A model generated the notes under the pieces. That model did no database searches. It saw only the letters and a program-made list of their open reading frames with translations, and was not told where the DNA came from. DNA of 64,000 nucleotides from the human T2T-CHM13v2.0 reference genome, Homo sapiens, in assembly GCA_009914755.4 (NCBI GenBank), contig CP086569.2, positions 23,872,001 through 23,936,000 of the forward strand, read 5' to 3'. Position numbers and translations under genes: made by a program. Positions 1 through 13,042 of this stretch are shown here, piece after piece. Numbering within the stretch: the first letter of the stretch is position 1; the number at the start of each line of letters is the position of its first letter.

Positions 1-3000
1 AAGTGATATACTCTCCTCTTCTGCCTGGACACTACCCATAGGGGGCATTGTGCCATACAGTTGGGCACAGCCCCAAAGTTATATGATTTTTCTGCCAGGA
101 GCCTGCCTACAAGGAGAATATGGGAACATTTCTGCCTCAGCGTTTAGGTTATGTGGCTGTCATGCCTGTTTCATTACTGCAGAGTAAATTTTGACAAATA
201 ATTAGGCACAGCTCAATATTCTGACAAATCACTAGGCATGATAATGACTCATATGTGGACCTCCCAAATAGGAGTAAGTTTGACTCTTGTAACTCGCTTT
301 AGCAATGCAAGTGATGTCTTAGATCTCTTTCTGGTAAAAGGGTCACCGAAGATTATAACACCCTCAAATATTTTACAGCCCTTGGCTTGTACAGATAATG
401 CCATAACAAAACCCAAATGAAAGATGAAGTTGTGAGTCTCATATGCACACCCAGCTGACAGGAAGTACTGTCAGCATCTCATGTATATGAAGCCTACTGT
501 GAAACATGAAAACAGGACATGTATGTTATTGTAAATCTCATCTCTGCAATAATCTCCCAGTGTGAATGTCATACACATCTTTGCCAAGCATCTGTGTGAT
601 TTGACTCTCCAGACAGGTTCCAGCATGTATATGAGATTGTGATCTCTACCTGAGCCAGCGTCTAGGTGATGTGATTCTCCTGCCTGGACCCTTTTCTCAG
701 TAAGGATTGAGACATACCACTGGATCTAACATTCAGGTGATGTTACATTGTTGCCTGGACCATATTCACAGGCATCATTGTGACATATTACTGTGTCCAC
801 CACTTAGGTGATGTAACTCCCCTCTCTGGAATGGACCCTGAACACAGAGAATGGTAGTGCCATATTGGCAGGCCAGGGCATACAGGTGATGATACTCTTT
901 TGCCAGGGATATATTTCAAGGAGGTCATTGTGACATATCTCTGGGCCTGTCACCTAAGTGATGTGACCGAACGCTTGGGCCTCACCTACATAGATCGTTG
1001 CAACGTAAAAGTTAGACCTGCATCAAGATGATGTAACTCTTTCAATCTAGTGCTGTCCTAGGGAAACTTGTGACATATCTCAGCACCCAGCACCCAGGTG
1101 ATGTGGCTCTTCTGCCTGGGTTCTCCCCATGTGTTATATTGTGATGTACACATAAAGAAGCACCTACGTGATATGACCCACATTTTCTGCCTGAGTCCTG
1201 CCTACTGGGGACACTGGGACATATCTCTGAGCCCATGACCTAAGTGATATGACTCTCGCCCCCTGCCTGGGCTTTTAAAATAGTGGGATTATGACATATT
1301 GCTGAGCCCAGCATTTAGGTTGTGTGACTCTACTCTTTTTTTTGAACCATGCCCACAAAGGGAAATTTTGACCTATTGCACCCAGATGATGTTACTCTTC
1401 TGCCAGAATCCTGAATAAAGAGATAATTATTGCATAGTGATAAGTCCAGCACCCTGATGATGCTACTGTCCTGCCTGTGCCAGAGCCACAGAGGGTGTTT
1501 TGACACATCTTTGGCTTATTCTGTAAGTGTTTTGGCTCTCATCTCTTCATTATGTTTTTCCACATGTGGAATTGTGTCATATTGCTGGGTCCAGTATCCA
1601 GTTAATGTGGCCCTCTTTCCTAGACTCTGTGTAGAGAGAATATTGTGACATGTTAATTGCCACATCACCTAAGTAATGTTACACTTTTTTTTTCTAATTT
1701 TTTGCCCACAAATGGGATTATGGTTTATATCTTGCTTCAGTTCACAGGCATGATGAGCAAACTTATACTGGGATTCAGTCAATGGAAGATATTTTGCCAT
1801 TCATCACTAGGCTTATGGCAATAGAAAAAATTCTTGGTTGAATATTTCTACAAAGCTCACAGAAGTTTACGACACGAATTCCTGTGGTATAAACTTTATG
1901 GGTGGTACAGAGCATTTTATAACAAGGCCCAGCAAAAAGTTAAAATTGTGACTCTCAGTTTCACACCCAGGTGAAAGTAAAAGTTGTCACCATCCCACAT
2001 TTACAAAGTACACTATGGAGTTACTGAGTCTAACATGACAACACAGTACAAAAATGGAGTTGTGACTCTCACATGTGGATCTGGCCACAGGTGTAATCGT
2101 GACTCATTTTTGGGCCCAGCTCACAGGCATAAAAATGCTTCTCATTCCTGAATGTGGCCTAAATTAGAGATATTGACTATCATACCTGGATTTAAGACAA
2201 TATATAAGATTGTGAGTCCATATGAGCCTATGGGCCTCAGAGAAGTTTGCAAATATAATGGATGCCGTTTGAAGCCCTTGGATGTTGTAGAGGGTGTCAT
2301 TCGGTGGTCCAACACACACGTGACAATGTGACTTTGTTACAGACGCCAAGCTGACAGTTAAAGGTGTCACCCTCAAACATGAGGAGATTGTGTCATATCA
2401 CTGTGCCGAGTACCCAGGTGTTAAAACTTGTGCTTTAATTGTTTCCCATGTGTGTATTTTGACATATCATTGCATAAGAATCATAACAGTGTGACTCTTT
2501 TGCCTGGACCCTGACAGCAAGGGATATTATCACATTTCTCTGAGCCGATCAGCTAGGTGATTTGCCTATTTTTCCTGTACTTTTGCCCCAAGGCACATTG
2601 TGACATCAGTGGTCATAGCATCTAGGAAATGTGACTCTCGTCTCTTGCCTAGGTTCTGCCCACAAAAGGAATTGTGACATACTACTGAGCGCAAAACCTA
2701 GGTAATGTAACCATCCCCTTTATTCTGGAGGCAGCCAATAGGGGAAATTATTACGTATTGCTGAGCTAAGCACCTAGGAGGTGTGACTCTCCTCTTTTTC
2801 TTCAACCTTGTCTACAGTCGACATGGTGTCATATTCATTGAGGCTGTTCTCCGTTGACATGAATCTTCTGACTTGGCCTGCCTATGAAGGAGATTATAAT
2901 GAATTCTGTGCTCGGAATCCAAGTAAGGCAATTATGCTGCCTTGTTTCTGCCCACAGGTGAAATTTTAACATATACCTGAGTTCAGCTTACATACACAAA

Positions 3001-6000
3001 TATAACTATCATATCTTTACCCAGAAGGGAGACATATTTTTACTCTCATGGTCAGTCTCATGGCCATAAGTAAAGAAATGAGTCTCCTAATTGCATAAAG
3101 TTCACAAAGGATTATGACACTCAAGCATATCATATAAAGTCTGAGTGGTACACAAACTGTCATAACAGGGAACAGTAACCAGGTGCGATTGTGACTCTTG
3201 GATGCATGCCTAGCTGACACGATTGTCATTCCCTCACAAAAATATGATCTACAAATAAGGTACTAAATTGTTACAAAAAAGATCAGTTGAAGGTTGAAAT
3301 TGTTTCTCTCATACACAAATCTGACCCACAGGTGGTTTGGTGATACATGATTCAGCACAACTGTGAGGCCGTGACTCCCCTACTGGAACACAATCTTCAA
3401 GTGGGACTGGGCATCTTATACATGGATCTTGCCCATTGTTGAGATTGGGACTCCTCTGCTTTGACACAACTCACAGGAGGTGTTGACTCCTCCTGTACGT
3501 ACGTGAAGCCAGGACTTCTGTGACTGTGAAACATTTCTGAATATTTCCTACTGTGTGATTAGGACATAAAAGTTAGCCCAGCTCCTGAATAATTTGACTC
3601 TCTTCTTTAGGCCCATGACCACAGATGAAATTGTGATATACATGGACCATACACCTAAGCATAGGTGCCTGGGCCTGTAGACAAAGGGCACTTTTACATG
3701 TCACTGGGAACAGCTCCCAGGTAACGTGGATTATTTGCCTAATGCCTGCCTATGAAAAGCACTGTGGCTTATGTCTGGGTTCATCATGTAGTGATGTTAC
3801 TCAATTCTACTGCCTTGGCCCTGCACTAACGGTGCATTGTGACACATAACTGGGTACTGCTCCCAACTGATGGGACTCTCCATTTTGGTTTCTGCCATCA
3901 GAAAGCTTTGTAACATGTAACTTGGCTCAGCACCTAGATGATGTTTCTCCTCTCTTGACCTGCCCTGACCACAGGGGAGATTGTGACACATTGCTAAATC
4001 CAGCGCCAAGTTAAGGTCACTTTCAAACTTTGGTCCTGCACATAGTGGCCATTGTGACATTTATCTATACCAATTGCCTAGGTGAAGTGAGTCTCCTCTC
4101 CTTTCTAAGCCAAGCCCAAAAGGGAAATTTTGATACATCGTTTAAACCAGCATTCAGGTGATGTGATGCTTCTTCCAGAAGTCTGCCCACAATAAAGATT
4201 GTGACAGCTCACTGGACCAGCACCCACCCAGGTGATGTGACCTTTTTGCTTGCTGTCTGCCCATGGGGATATTGTGCCATACAACTGAGACCAGATAAGA
4301 GGACTAATCATGACTCTTAAACCTGGAGCCAGGTTATATGCATGATGGTGGCTCCCACTCCTGGAACTTTCCACCAGTGTTATTGTGACATACACTTCTG
4401 CCCAGTTCCTGAGTAATTTAGTAATCTTGCCTAGGTATAGCGCACAATTGAGATTTGGACATATATCTCAGCTGAGCACTTTGGTGATTTGATTCTCCTG
4501 TCTTAACGTTATCCTCAGGCACGTTTGTAGCATGTCTCTGGATCCATCATCTAGGTTACCTCAGTCCCCTCTCCTGCCTGAATTCTGCTTCCACTGGGTA
4601 TTGTAGCATTTTTAAACACTGCATTCAAATTATATGAATTTCTTGCCTGATCCTTTCAACAAGAGACATTATGACTTACCTCTGGACCTATCATTTACAT
4701 GATATGACTCTCCTCTTTTCTGGACCACTGCCCACAAGGGGTGTTGTGCCATACAGTTGGGCATAGGCCCAAAGTTATGTGATTTTTCTTCTAGGAATTT
4801 GCCAAAAAGAATAATATTGGAAGATTTCTGCCTCAGCATTTAGATTATATGGCTCTCATGCCTGTTTCATTACCACGGTGTAAATTGTGACATATATCTA
4901 AGCACAGCTCACAGGCATGATAAGGACTCCCATATGTAGAACCCTCAAATAGGAGTAATTTTTAATCTCATAACTTGCTTTAGAGTTATTTAAGTGATTA
5001 AGTTTCTTTATGGTAAAAAGATTGCAGAAGATTGTAACAGCATAAGTGATTTTAAAAAGCCTTCATCTTGTACAGAGGGTGTCATAACAGGACCTATCAC
5101 TAAGGTGAAATTGTGAGTCTCATATGAACACCCAGCTGACAGTTAAAGACTGTAACCATCTCATATATATAAAGCCAACTGTCACTGATAAAAATGGGAC
5201 ATATGTGGTATTGTTAGTCTCATCCTGGGAATTTTCTGCCAGTCTGACTGTGATATAAATCTTTTCCGAGCATCTGTGTGATTTGACTCTCCAGACCGGT
5301 TCCAGCCCAGTGATGTTATTTTGAAATCTATGAGGGCCAATCTCTAGGTGGTTTGACCCTTCTGCCTGGGCCCCACTCTCAGTAAGAATCAGCTGAGCCA
5401 TGCCCACATAAATTATTGTGACACATCACTGTGTCAACCACTTAGGCGATATAACTCTCCTCAGAACGGGCCCTGAACACAGTTGGGGATAGTGACATAT
5501 GGTTGAGCCACAAGTCACTATCCCCAGCAACCAGACAAGAATGTGACTCTCTATGCACACCTAGTTGATACAATTGTGATTCTCACGCATAAACAGGGCC
5601 TAGTAATGAGGTACTAAATCTCACACATAAAAGTCATCAAAGATTGAAATCATTACTCTCATACGGGGATTAGATTCACAGGTGTTTTGGCAACATTTGA
5701 ACCATGATTCAGCATGCCTGCGGTGCTGTGACTCCCCTACTGGAACACAATCTTCCAATGGGACTGGAGCTCCTATACATGGATCTTGACCATTGTTGAG
5801 ATTTTGACTCCTCTACTTCCACCAAACTCATAGAAAGAGTTGACGACTTACATACAGGAAACGAGAACTTATGTGGAATGCGAAACTTATTTGCAAACTT
5901 TTCTGAGCGTGTGATTGGGTCAGGTAACTTTTCCCAGCACATGAATGATTTGACTCTTTTTCTAGGCCCAGACCACAGATAAAATTGCGCCATAAGTATA

Positions 6001-9000
6001 ACAAACACCTTTGCAATATATAACATCTACCATGTTTCTCCTACAAAGGGCACTTTTATTTATCACTCGTATCGTCACCCTGGTGATGTGAATTATCTGC
6101 CTAAAACATGGCTACAAAGGGAATTGTGTTTTATAACTAGGTCCATCACATAAGTGATGTGACTCCCTTCTACTCCTTTAGCCCTGCACTTACAATGCAT
6201 TGTGACACATAACTGCATCCAGGTGATGTGATTCTTTTTGGGGGATTCTGCCAACAGAAAGCATTGAAACATAACGCTTGGCTGAGCACCTAGGTGACGT
6301 TGGTTCACTTTTCCTGTACCCTAACCACATGGAGATTGTGACATATTGCTGGTCCCAGCACCAATGTGAGGTCACTCTCCAGCTTTTGTACTGCACAGAA
6401 CAGACATTGTGACATAAATCTAGGCCAATTGCCTAGGTGAAGTAAGTCTCTTTCTTGTCAAAGTCTTGCCTACACACAAAGTTTTCATATGTCACTGAAA
6501 TCAGCATTCAGGTGATGTGACCCTTCAGCCAGTGTCCTGTCCACAAAGTAAGTTGTGATATCACACTGGAGCCAAACCCTCATAGGTTATGTGAATTTCT
6601 TGCTTTCCTTCTGGCCAGGTAATATTGTGCCATATACCACAAACCATAGCAAAAGTCTAATAACAACTCATATGAGTGGAGCCAGGACATATGCAGGATG
6701 GTGACCCTTATTCTTAAGCCTTTCCACAAGTGTAATTGTGTCTTATACCTTTGTCCAGCTCCTAAGTGATTTAATAATTCTGCATAGGTATAGCCCAAAA
6801 ACAATAGTCTCATAAGTACCTGAGCCAAGTAACTTGGTGATTTGACTGTGCTATCTTAACAATGTCCTCAAGGGGATTTGTAACATATTTCTGGACCCAT
6901 CATCTAGGTTGCATAACTCTCCTCTCCTGCCTGTACCTGGCTTCCTTTAGTAATTGTAGCATTTCCAAACACTGCATCCAAATGATATAAATCTCTTGCC
7001 TGGGCTCTGTCACAGGAAGCACTGTGACATATTTTTGGGCCCATCATTTTGGTGATATGACTCTCCTCTCCTGCCTGGAGACTGCCCACAAGAAACATTG
7101 TGACACAGAGCTGAACTGAGCACACAAATATATGATATTTGTGACAGAACCCTGCCTACAAAAAGAATACTGGAATATTTCTGGCCCAGCATTTAGGTGA
7201 TGTGCCTGTTCTGCCTGTTTCATAACCGCAGAGGGAATTAAATCCTATATCTAGGCATGGCTAACAGGAATGATAATGACTGTCGTATGTGGACTCAGGC
7301 AATAGAGGCTATTTTGACTTTTATAACTAGATAACTAGTTTTAGGGACATGACTGATACCGTGGACCATCTTTTATACAAAGGTTGCAAAAGATTACAAC
7401 ACTCACACATATTTTACCAAGTCTTTGGGTTATACAGAGGGAGTCAAAGCCGGGCTCAGCACACAGGTAAAATTGTGAGTCTTGTACTCACACCCAGCTG
7501 ACAGTAAGAATTATCATTACCTCACATGGATGAAGTCAATTGTCAAAGATGAAAATAAGAAATGATTGGTATTTAAAATCTCACCTTTGGAATTTTCTGA
7601 CAGTGTGATTGTGATATAAATTATTGCCAAGCACTTGTGTAATCTGACTCTCTAGACTTGTTTCAGCTCATATATGGGATTGTGATATCTACTTACGCCA
7701 GCCTCAAGGTGGTGTGACTCTCCTGCCAGGGCCCTTCTCTCCGTAAGGATTGTCTTATCACTGGATCTAGCACCCAGGTGATGTTACATTTTTGCCTGTG
7801 CCATGCCCACCAAAATTATTAGGACATATCCCTGTATTCGCCTCATAGGTTATATAACTCTCCTGTCTGGAATGGGCCCTGCACAAAGGAAATATAGAGA
7901 CATATTGCAAGGCCAGGCACACAGGCAAGAGAACTATTTTGCCACAGCCATGCCCAAAGAAGGGAATCATGACATATCTCTGGGCCTGCTACCTAGGCTA
8001 TGTGGGGCTCTTGTTGGGGTCCTGTCAACCTGGAGTGTGACATATTTCTAGGCAAGGCACACAGGTGATGGTACTCTTTTGCCAGGGCTATGTTCCATAG
8101 AGGATATTGTGACACATCTCTGGGCCTATCACCTAGGAGATGTGAGTCCCTCCTTGGACCCTACCCACATGGAGCATTGTGACATGAGCAGAGGACCTTC
8201 AATTAGTTGATGAAACTCTCTTTGCTGGGTGCTATGTGAAGAGATCCTTATGAAATACCTCAGAACCCAGCACTCAAGTGATGTGGACCTTCTGCCTGCA
8301 TGCTGCTCTCATGTTCCACTGTGACATATTCCTAGGGCAGCATCTAGGTGATATGACTCTCCACATCTGCCTGAGCCCTGACTACTTGGGACACCTTGCA
8401 ATATCTCTGAGCCCTTGACCTAAGTGATGTGGCTCTTTTGTTGCCTGGGCCTTCACGATAGGTGGATTTTGGCATATTGCTAAGCCCAGCACTCAAAACA
8501 TGTAACTCTCCTATTTTTCCTGAATTATACCCACAAAGAAGAAATTTTGACCTACTGAATGGCTCAACACCAAGGTGATTTTTCGCTTCTTCCTGGATTA
8601 TGCATAAAGAGGAAATTATGGCATATTGCATATTGCTAGGCCCAGCACCCTTATGACTGTGACTCTCCTGCCCATGCTGGAGCCACCGAATATACCTTGA
8701 CATGTCTTGGGCCCATTATGTAGGGGTTTTGGCTCTCATAACTTGGTTTGGTATTTTCCACATGTGAAATGTTGTCCAATGCTTGGTCCAGCACCAGGTT
8801 AATGTGACCCAAATTTTTATACCCTGCCTAGAGAAGGCATTGCGACATATTGCTTGGTACATGATCTATGTAATGTTACCCTCCTGTCTTGTTTTTTGCC
8901 CACATGTGGAATTATGACATATACCTTGCTTTAGTTCACAGGCACAAAGATCAAACTTATATTGGGATACAGCCAATAGGAGATATTTTTCCTCTCATTG

Positions 9001-9910
9001 TTTGGCTTAAGGCAATATTTAAGGTCCTGGGTTGCATATTTGTACTAACACACATAAGCTTACAACACTAACTTATATTGTTTAAACTCTTTGGTGGTAA
9101 AGAGTTTCATAACAGGGACCAGCAAAAGGTTCAGAATGGGACTCTTGGTTACACACCCAGGTGCAATTAAGAGTTGTCACCATTCCATATTTATAATTCC
9201 CACTATTGAGGTCCTGAGTCTAACAAAAGAATACAGTACACAGTTAAAATTGTGACATTTATATGTGGCTTTGGCCACAGGGGAGATGGTGATTCATTTC
9301 TGGACCCAGCCCACAGGCATAATAATGAGTCTTCTCCCTTAACCCTGCCTATAGATGTCGACTATCAAACGTGGTTTAGAGCAATATGCAAGATTGTGAG
9401 TCCATAGGAGCAGGCAGGCCACAGAGAGGTTTGCAACTCTCATACAGGTTTCATAAAGCCCTCGAATATTGTAGAGAAAGTTATATATTGTCTGAGCATA
9501 CATGTGAGATTGTGACTCTAATATACATGCTCAGCTAAATGTTAACAATGTCATCCTCAAAGATGATGGGATTGTGTCATATCACTGGGCCTAGTACCCT
9601 GGTGTTGAGACTTTTTGTCTCAAATCCCTTTCTGTGGGTGCATTGTTACATATCGATGGGTTAGAATCATAATAATTTGACTCCTCTGCCTGGGCCCTGT
9701 AAACAGGGAATATTATCACATATCTCTGGGTCTATCAGCTAGGTGATGTGTCTCTCCAGTCTGTGCTTTGCTCCCAGAGGACAGTTTTAAATATCACTGA
9801 AACTAGCGTCTATGTAATGTAACTCTTCTCTCCTGCCTGGGTCCTGCTTACCAAAGGAATTGTGACATATGGCTGAATGTAAAACCTAGGTGGTATGCCT
9901 GTACTCTCTC
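1..9910. repeat. Beta-satellite (Sau3A/BSR-type) tandem array of diverged ~68-76 bp monomers with higher-order repeat structure; continues past the left window edge; monomer consensus lies on the minus strand
   Basis: Two motifs, ATTGTGACATATCTCTGGGCC and AGGTGATGTGACTCTCCTCTTCTGCCTGG, alternate along the block, each recurring every ~68-77 bp (for example AGGTGATG-type motifs near 733, 806, 882, 955, 1027, 1095, 1166, 1243). Reverse complement matches my recollection of the beta-satellite core CAGAGATATGTCACAATGCCCC ... AGTTACATCACCT. Multi-kb internal homologies: 30-660 ~ 4745-5340 ~ 7130-7700; 1440-2830 ~ 8640-9910; 3170-3500 ~ 5520-5830. Confidence 0.75.
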
Positions 9911-11960
9911 TTCAACAGTTTATATCTGTGCTGCATTCTGTTTTATTACTTTGGTGCTCTATTTTTATACCAGTACCAGAGTGCTTTGATTACGACAGGT
10001 TTGTTTTGTGTTTGGAAATTGTTAAGTATAATGCTTCCAATATTTTAATTCTTTTTAAAGATTGCCAGGCTTTTCATGGTGCCTTGAGATCTTACATAAC
10101 TTTGTGGGGTTTTTTTCTATTTTTGCAAAAGTATAATTGAAAATTGAAACAGGCTGTGTTGAATGTGTTGGTCACTTTAAACAGCATGGGTATCTTCACA
10201 ATATTAGGTCTTCCAACCATTGAAAAAGAGCGTAATAAAAAGTGTGTTGTAGCTGGGGGTAGTGGCTCATGCCTCTAACCCAGAACTTTGAGAGGCCAGG
10301 AGGATGCATGGCTAGTTCAGGAGATCGAGATCATCCTAGCCAACATGGTGAAGCCCCGTCTCTGCTAAAATACATAAAATTAGCTGGGTGAGGTGGTGCA
10401 TGCCTGTAATCCCAGCTACTCAGAGACTGAGGCAGAAGAATCGCTTGAACCCGGAGGTGGAGGTTGCAGTGAGCTGATATTGCACGACTGCGCTTCAGCC
10501 TAGTGAAAGAGATACTCCATCTCAAAACAAAACAAAACAGGAAATTGTGTTGCTTAATCTTTATAAGTTTTGAATTTTTCAGCTTTTCTTCTGTTACTGA
10601 TTCCTAGTTTCATTCCATTTGGGCTGTAAATAATTGTAAAATTTTAGTTAAAAAATTATTAAGGCTTCTGTTGTGGTGTCACATGTGGTCCATCTAGAAA
10701 AATGTTTTCTGAGGTATTGAAAAGAATGTGATTCTGTTGTCTGCATACATTTGTTAGGTGTAACTATTGTGTAATGCATTCAGGTTTTTTGTTCCCTCGT
10801 TGATAGTCTCTCATTATTTATTTACTACTGAAAGTGAAATATTGATGTATTTCCATTATTATATGGTTGTCTATTTTTTCTTCAATTCTGTCAATGTTTG
10901 CTTTATGTGTTTGGGAAAATTGTCATATATTTATAAGTTATTAGTGAATAAACCCTCTTACTATAATTGAATGTCCTACTTTGTCTCTTGTTAATTTTCA
11001 CATAAAGTAAATTATATGAAATATGGTAGTTTTCATCTTAAGGAATTGTTGCCTCTTCTCCTCTCATTTGGTTAACACTTGCATGAAATGTATTTTTATC
11101 CTGTGATTTTCAGTCTTTTAAAATTAGATATGAAATGAGTCTTTTGAAGACATGACATAGTTAGATGTTCTTATAGATAGTGATAGAGGTCTTTTTTTTT
11201 TTCATTTTGAAGGATACTTTTGCAAAATATAGTATTCTTGTTTAGAACTTTTTTTTTTCAGCGTTTTACCAATGTCATCCTACCCGCTTCTTGCTTGAAA
11301 GATTTATGTTCATAAATTTACTGGTAATTTTGCAGAAGTGTGAATATAAATAATACATTTGTTTTTTTTTCTTTCTGCATTCTTCATTCTCTTTTATGTG
11401 ACTTCCAAAACGTTGCTTAACTTGTGTCTTGTTGTAAATCTCTTAATGTTAATTTTATTTGAAATTTGCTGAGCTTATTGATCTTCTCATTTTTTTTTTA
11501 CTAATGGTGAAGTACATATTAGTCTTTTTCTGTATTTCCACTCCACAATTTTTATTTCTTTTTGTGCTTTTTATTTTTTGTTGGTTTAATTTTTGTTATT
11601 TCATTTATTTCCTTTTTCTTAATTTATTTATTTCCATTTTACTCACGGAGCATCACTAAATCGGCAATGTTAATTTTTAAGGGTAATTAATTTTTTTAAG
11701 AATATATCTAGACTATAACTCATATTGTCTCTGTTAATTTTTACCTCCCCGTTTTTTAATAATTGATTTCTGGATATTTATTTTTATCTTTGATTGAGCC
11801 ATATTATCTTGATGTTTCATATATGTTGTAATCTTAGGTTGCAATTTGTATAATAAAATGTGACATGTCAAAATCTGTATTAAGTTTCTTTTGTCTGGGG
11901 GAATAAAATACACATTTTTTAGGCTAGATATTCTTCGGTCTCTAAAGCTTATTCTGTAAA
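9911..11960 (-). mobile_element. L1 fragment (older subfamily; antisense ORF2-N-terminal/ORF1 region), interrupted by the Alu at 10250-10545
   Basis: 10560-11045 resembles the reverse complement of the L1 ORF1/ORF2 junction region (…GAAAAGAATGTGATTCTGTTG… …CTTTGTCTCTTGTTAATTTTCACATAAAG…). 10140-10250 resembles the antisense L1 motif …TGTGTTGAATGTG…ATCTTCACAATATTAGGTCTTCCAA…; subfamily and exact limits uncertain. Confidence 0.45.
10250..10545 (+). mobile_element. Alu (AluS-like), full length
   Basis: GGCTCATGCCTCTAACCCAGAACTTTGAGAGGCCAGGAGG…GCCTGTAATCCCAGCTACTCAGAG…TGCAGTGAGCTGA… followed by an A-rich tail CTCAAAACAAAACAAAAC. Confidence 0.9.
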
Positions 11961-11989
11961 TGTTTTCTCTGGGCTTGTGTGTTTTTTAG

Positions 11990-12230
11990 TTTAAAAGGTT
12001 TTCCCATATTTTTCTTTTTTCTTTTCTTTTCTTCTTTTCCTTCCTTCCTTCTTCTCTCTTTCTTTCTTTCTCTCTGTTTCTTTCTTTCCTTCCTTCCTTC
12101 CTTCCTACCTATCTTCTTTCCTTTTCCTTCCTTCCTGCCTTCTTTCTTTCTTTCTTTCTTTTATTCTTCTTCTTCTTCTTCTTAATATTATTATTATTAA
12201 TTATTATTATTATTATACTTTAAGTTTTAG
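11990..12230. repeat. Compound microsatellite: (TTCC)n/(TTTC)n ~190 bp, then (CTT)n and (ATT)n; likely the expanded poly(A) tail, seen as its complement, of the adjacent minus-strand L1
   Basis: Direct reading: …TTCCTTCCTTCCTTCTTCTCTC… TTCTTTCTTTC… CTTCTTCTTCTTAATATTATTATTATTAATTATTATT. Confidence 0.9.
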
Positions 12231-12756
12231 GGTACCTGTGCACAACGTGCAGGTTTGTTACATATGTATACATGTGCCATGTTTGTGTGCTGCACCCATT
12301 AACTCGTCATTTAGCATTAGGTATATCTCCTAATGCTATCCCTCCCCCTCCCCCTCCCCCCACCCCACAACCGTCCCCAGTGTGTGATGATCCCCTTCCT
12401 GTGTCCAAGTGTTCTCGTTGTTCAATTCCCACCAGTGATTGAGAACGTGGGGTGTTTGGTTTTTTGTCCTTGCGATAGTTTGCTGAGAACGATGGTTTCC
12501 AGTTTCATCCATGTCCCTACAAAGGACATGAACTTATCATTTTTTATGGCTGCATAGTATTCCATGGTGTATATGTGCCACATTTTCTTAATCCAGTCTA
12601 TCGTTGTTGGACATTTAGGTTGGTTCCAAGTCTTTGCTATTGTGAATAGTGCCGCTATAAACATACATGTGCATGTGTCTTTATAGCAGCATGATTTATA
12701 ATCCTTTGGGTATATACCCAGTAATGGGATGGCTAGGTCAAATGGTATTTCTTTCT
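12190..12756 (-). mobile_element. L1 3' end (3'UTR plus ORF2 C-terminus), minus orientation
   Basis: Minus-strand ORF 12422-12664 translates to [71 protein letters not shown]…, the canonical L1 ORF2 C-terminus. 12230-12330 is the reverse complement of the L1 3'UTR end (…GGTACCTGTGCACAACGTGCAGGTTTGTTACATATGTATACATGTGCCATG…). Confidence 0.85.
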
Positions 12757-13042
12757 GTTTTGAGTGGGAGCTTCACTGTTGTTACCCAGGCTGGAGTACA
12801 ATGGCACAATCTTGGCTCACTGCAACCTCCAGCTCCTGGGTTCAAGCAATTCGCCATCCTCAGCCTCCTGAATAGCAGGAATTACAGGAGCCTGCCACCA
12901 CACCCAGCTAACTTTTGTATTTTTAGTAGAGACAAGGTTTCACCATGTTGACCTGGCTTGTCTTGAACTTCTCACCTCTGGTGATATGCCTGTTTCAGGC
13001 TCCCAAATTGCTGATATTACAGGTGCGAGCAACCGCTCCCGG
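12757..13042 (-). mobile_element. Alu inserted in the L1, minus orientation
   Basis: …CACTGTTGTTACCCAGGCTGGAGTACAATGGCACAATCTTGGCTCACTGCAACCTCCAGCTCCTGGGTTCAAGCAATTC… ending …GGTGCGAGCAACCGCTCCCGGC. Confidence 0.9.

Noticed and set aside
1-9910. Regular ~70-bp periodicity with a conserved core and variable stretches could be mistaken for a CRISPR repeat-spacer array
   Set aside because: The 'spacers' are themselves conserved between units and at higher-order scale. Units are direct satellite monomers without a leader or cas genes. The surrounding sequence is primate (Alu, L1, HERV). This is beta-satellite.
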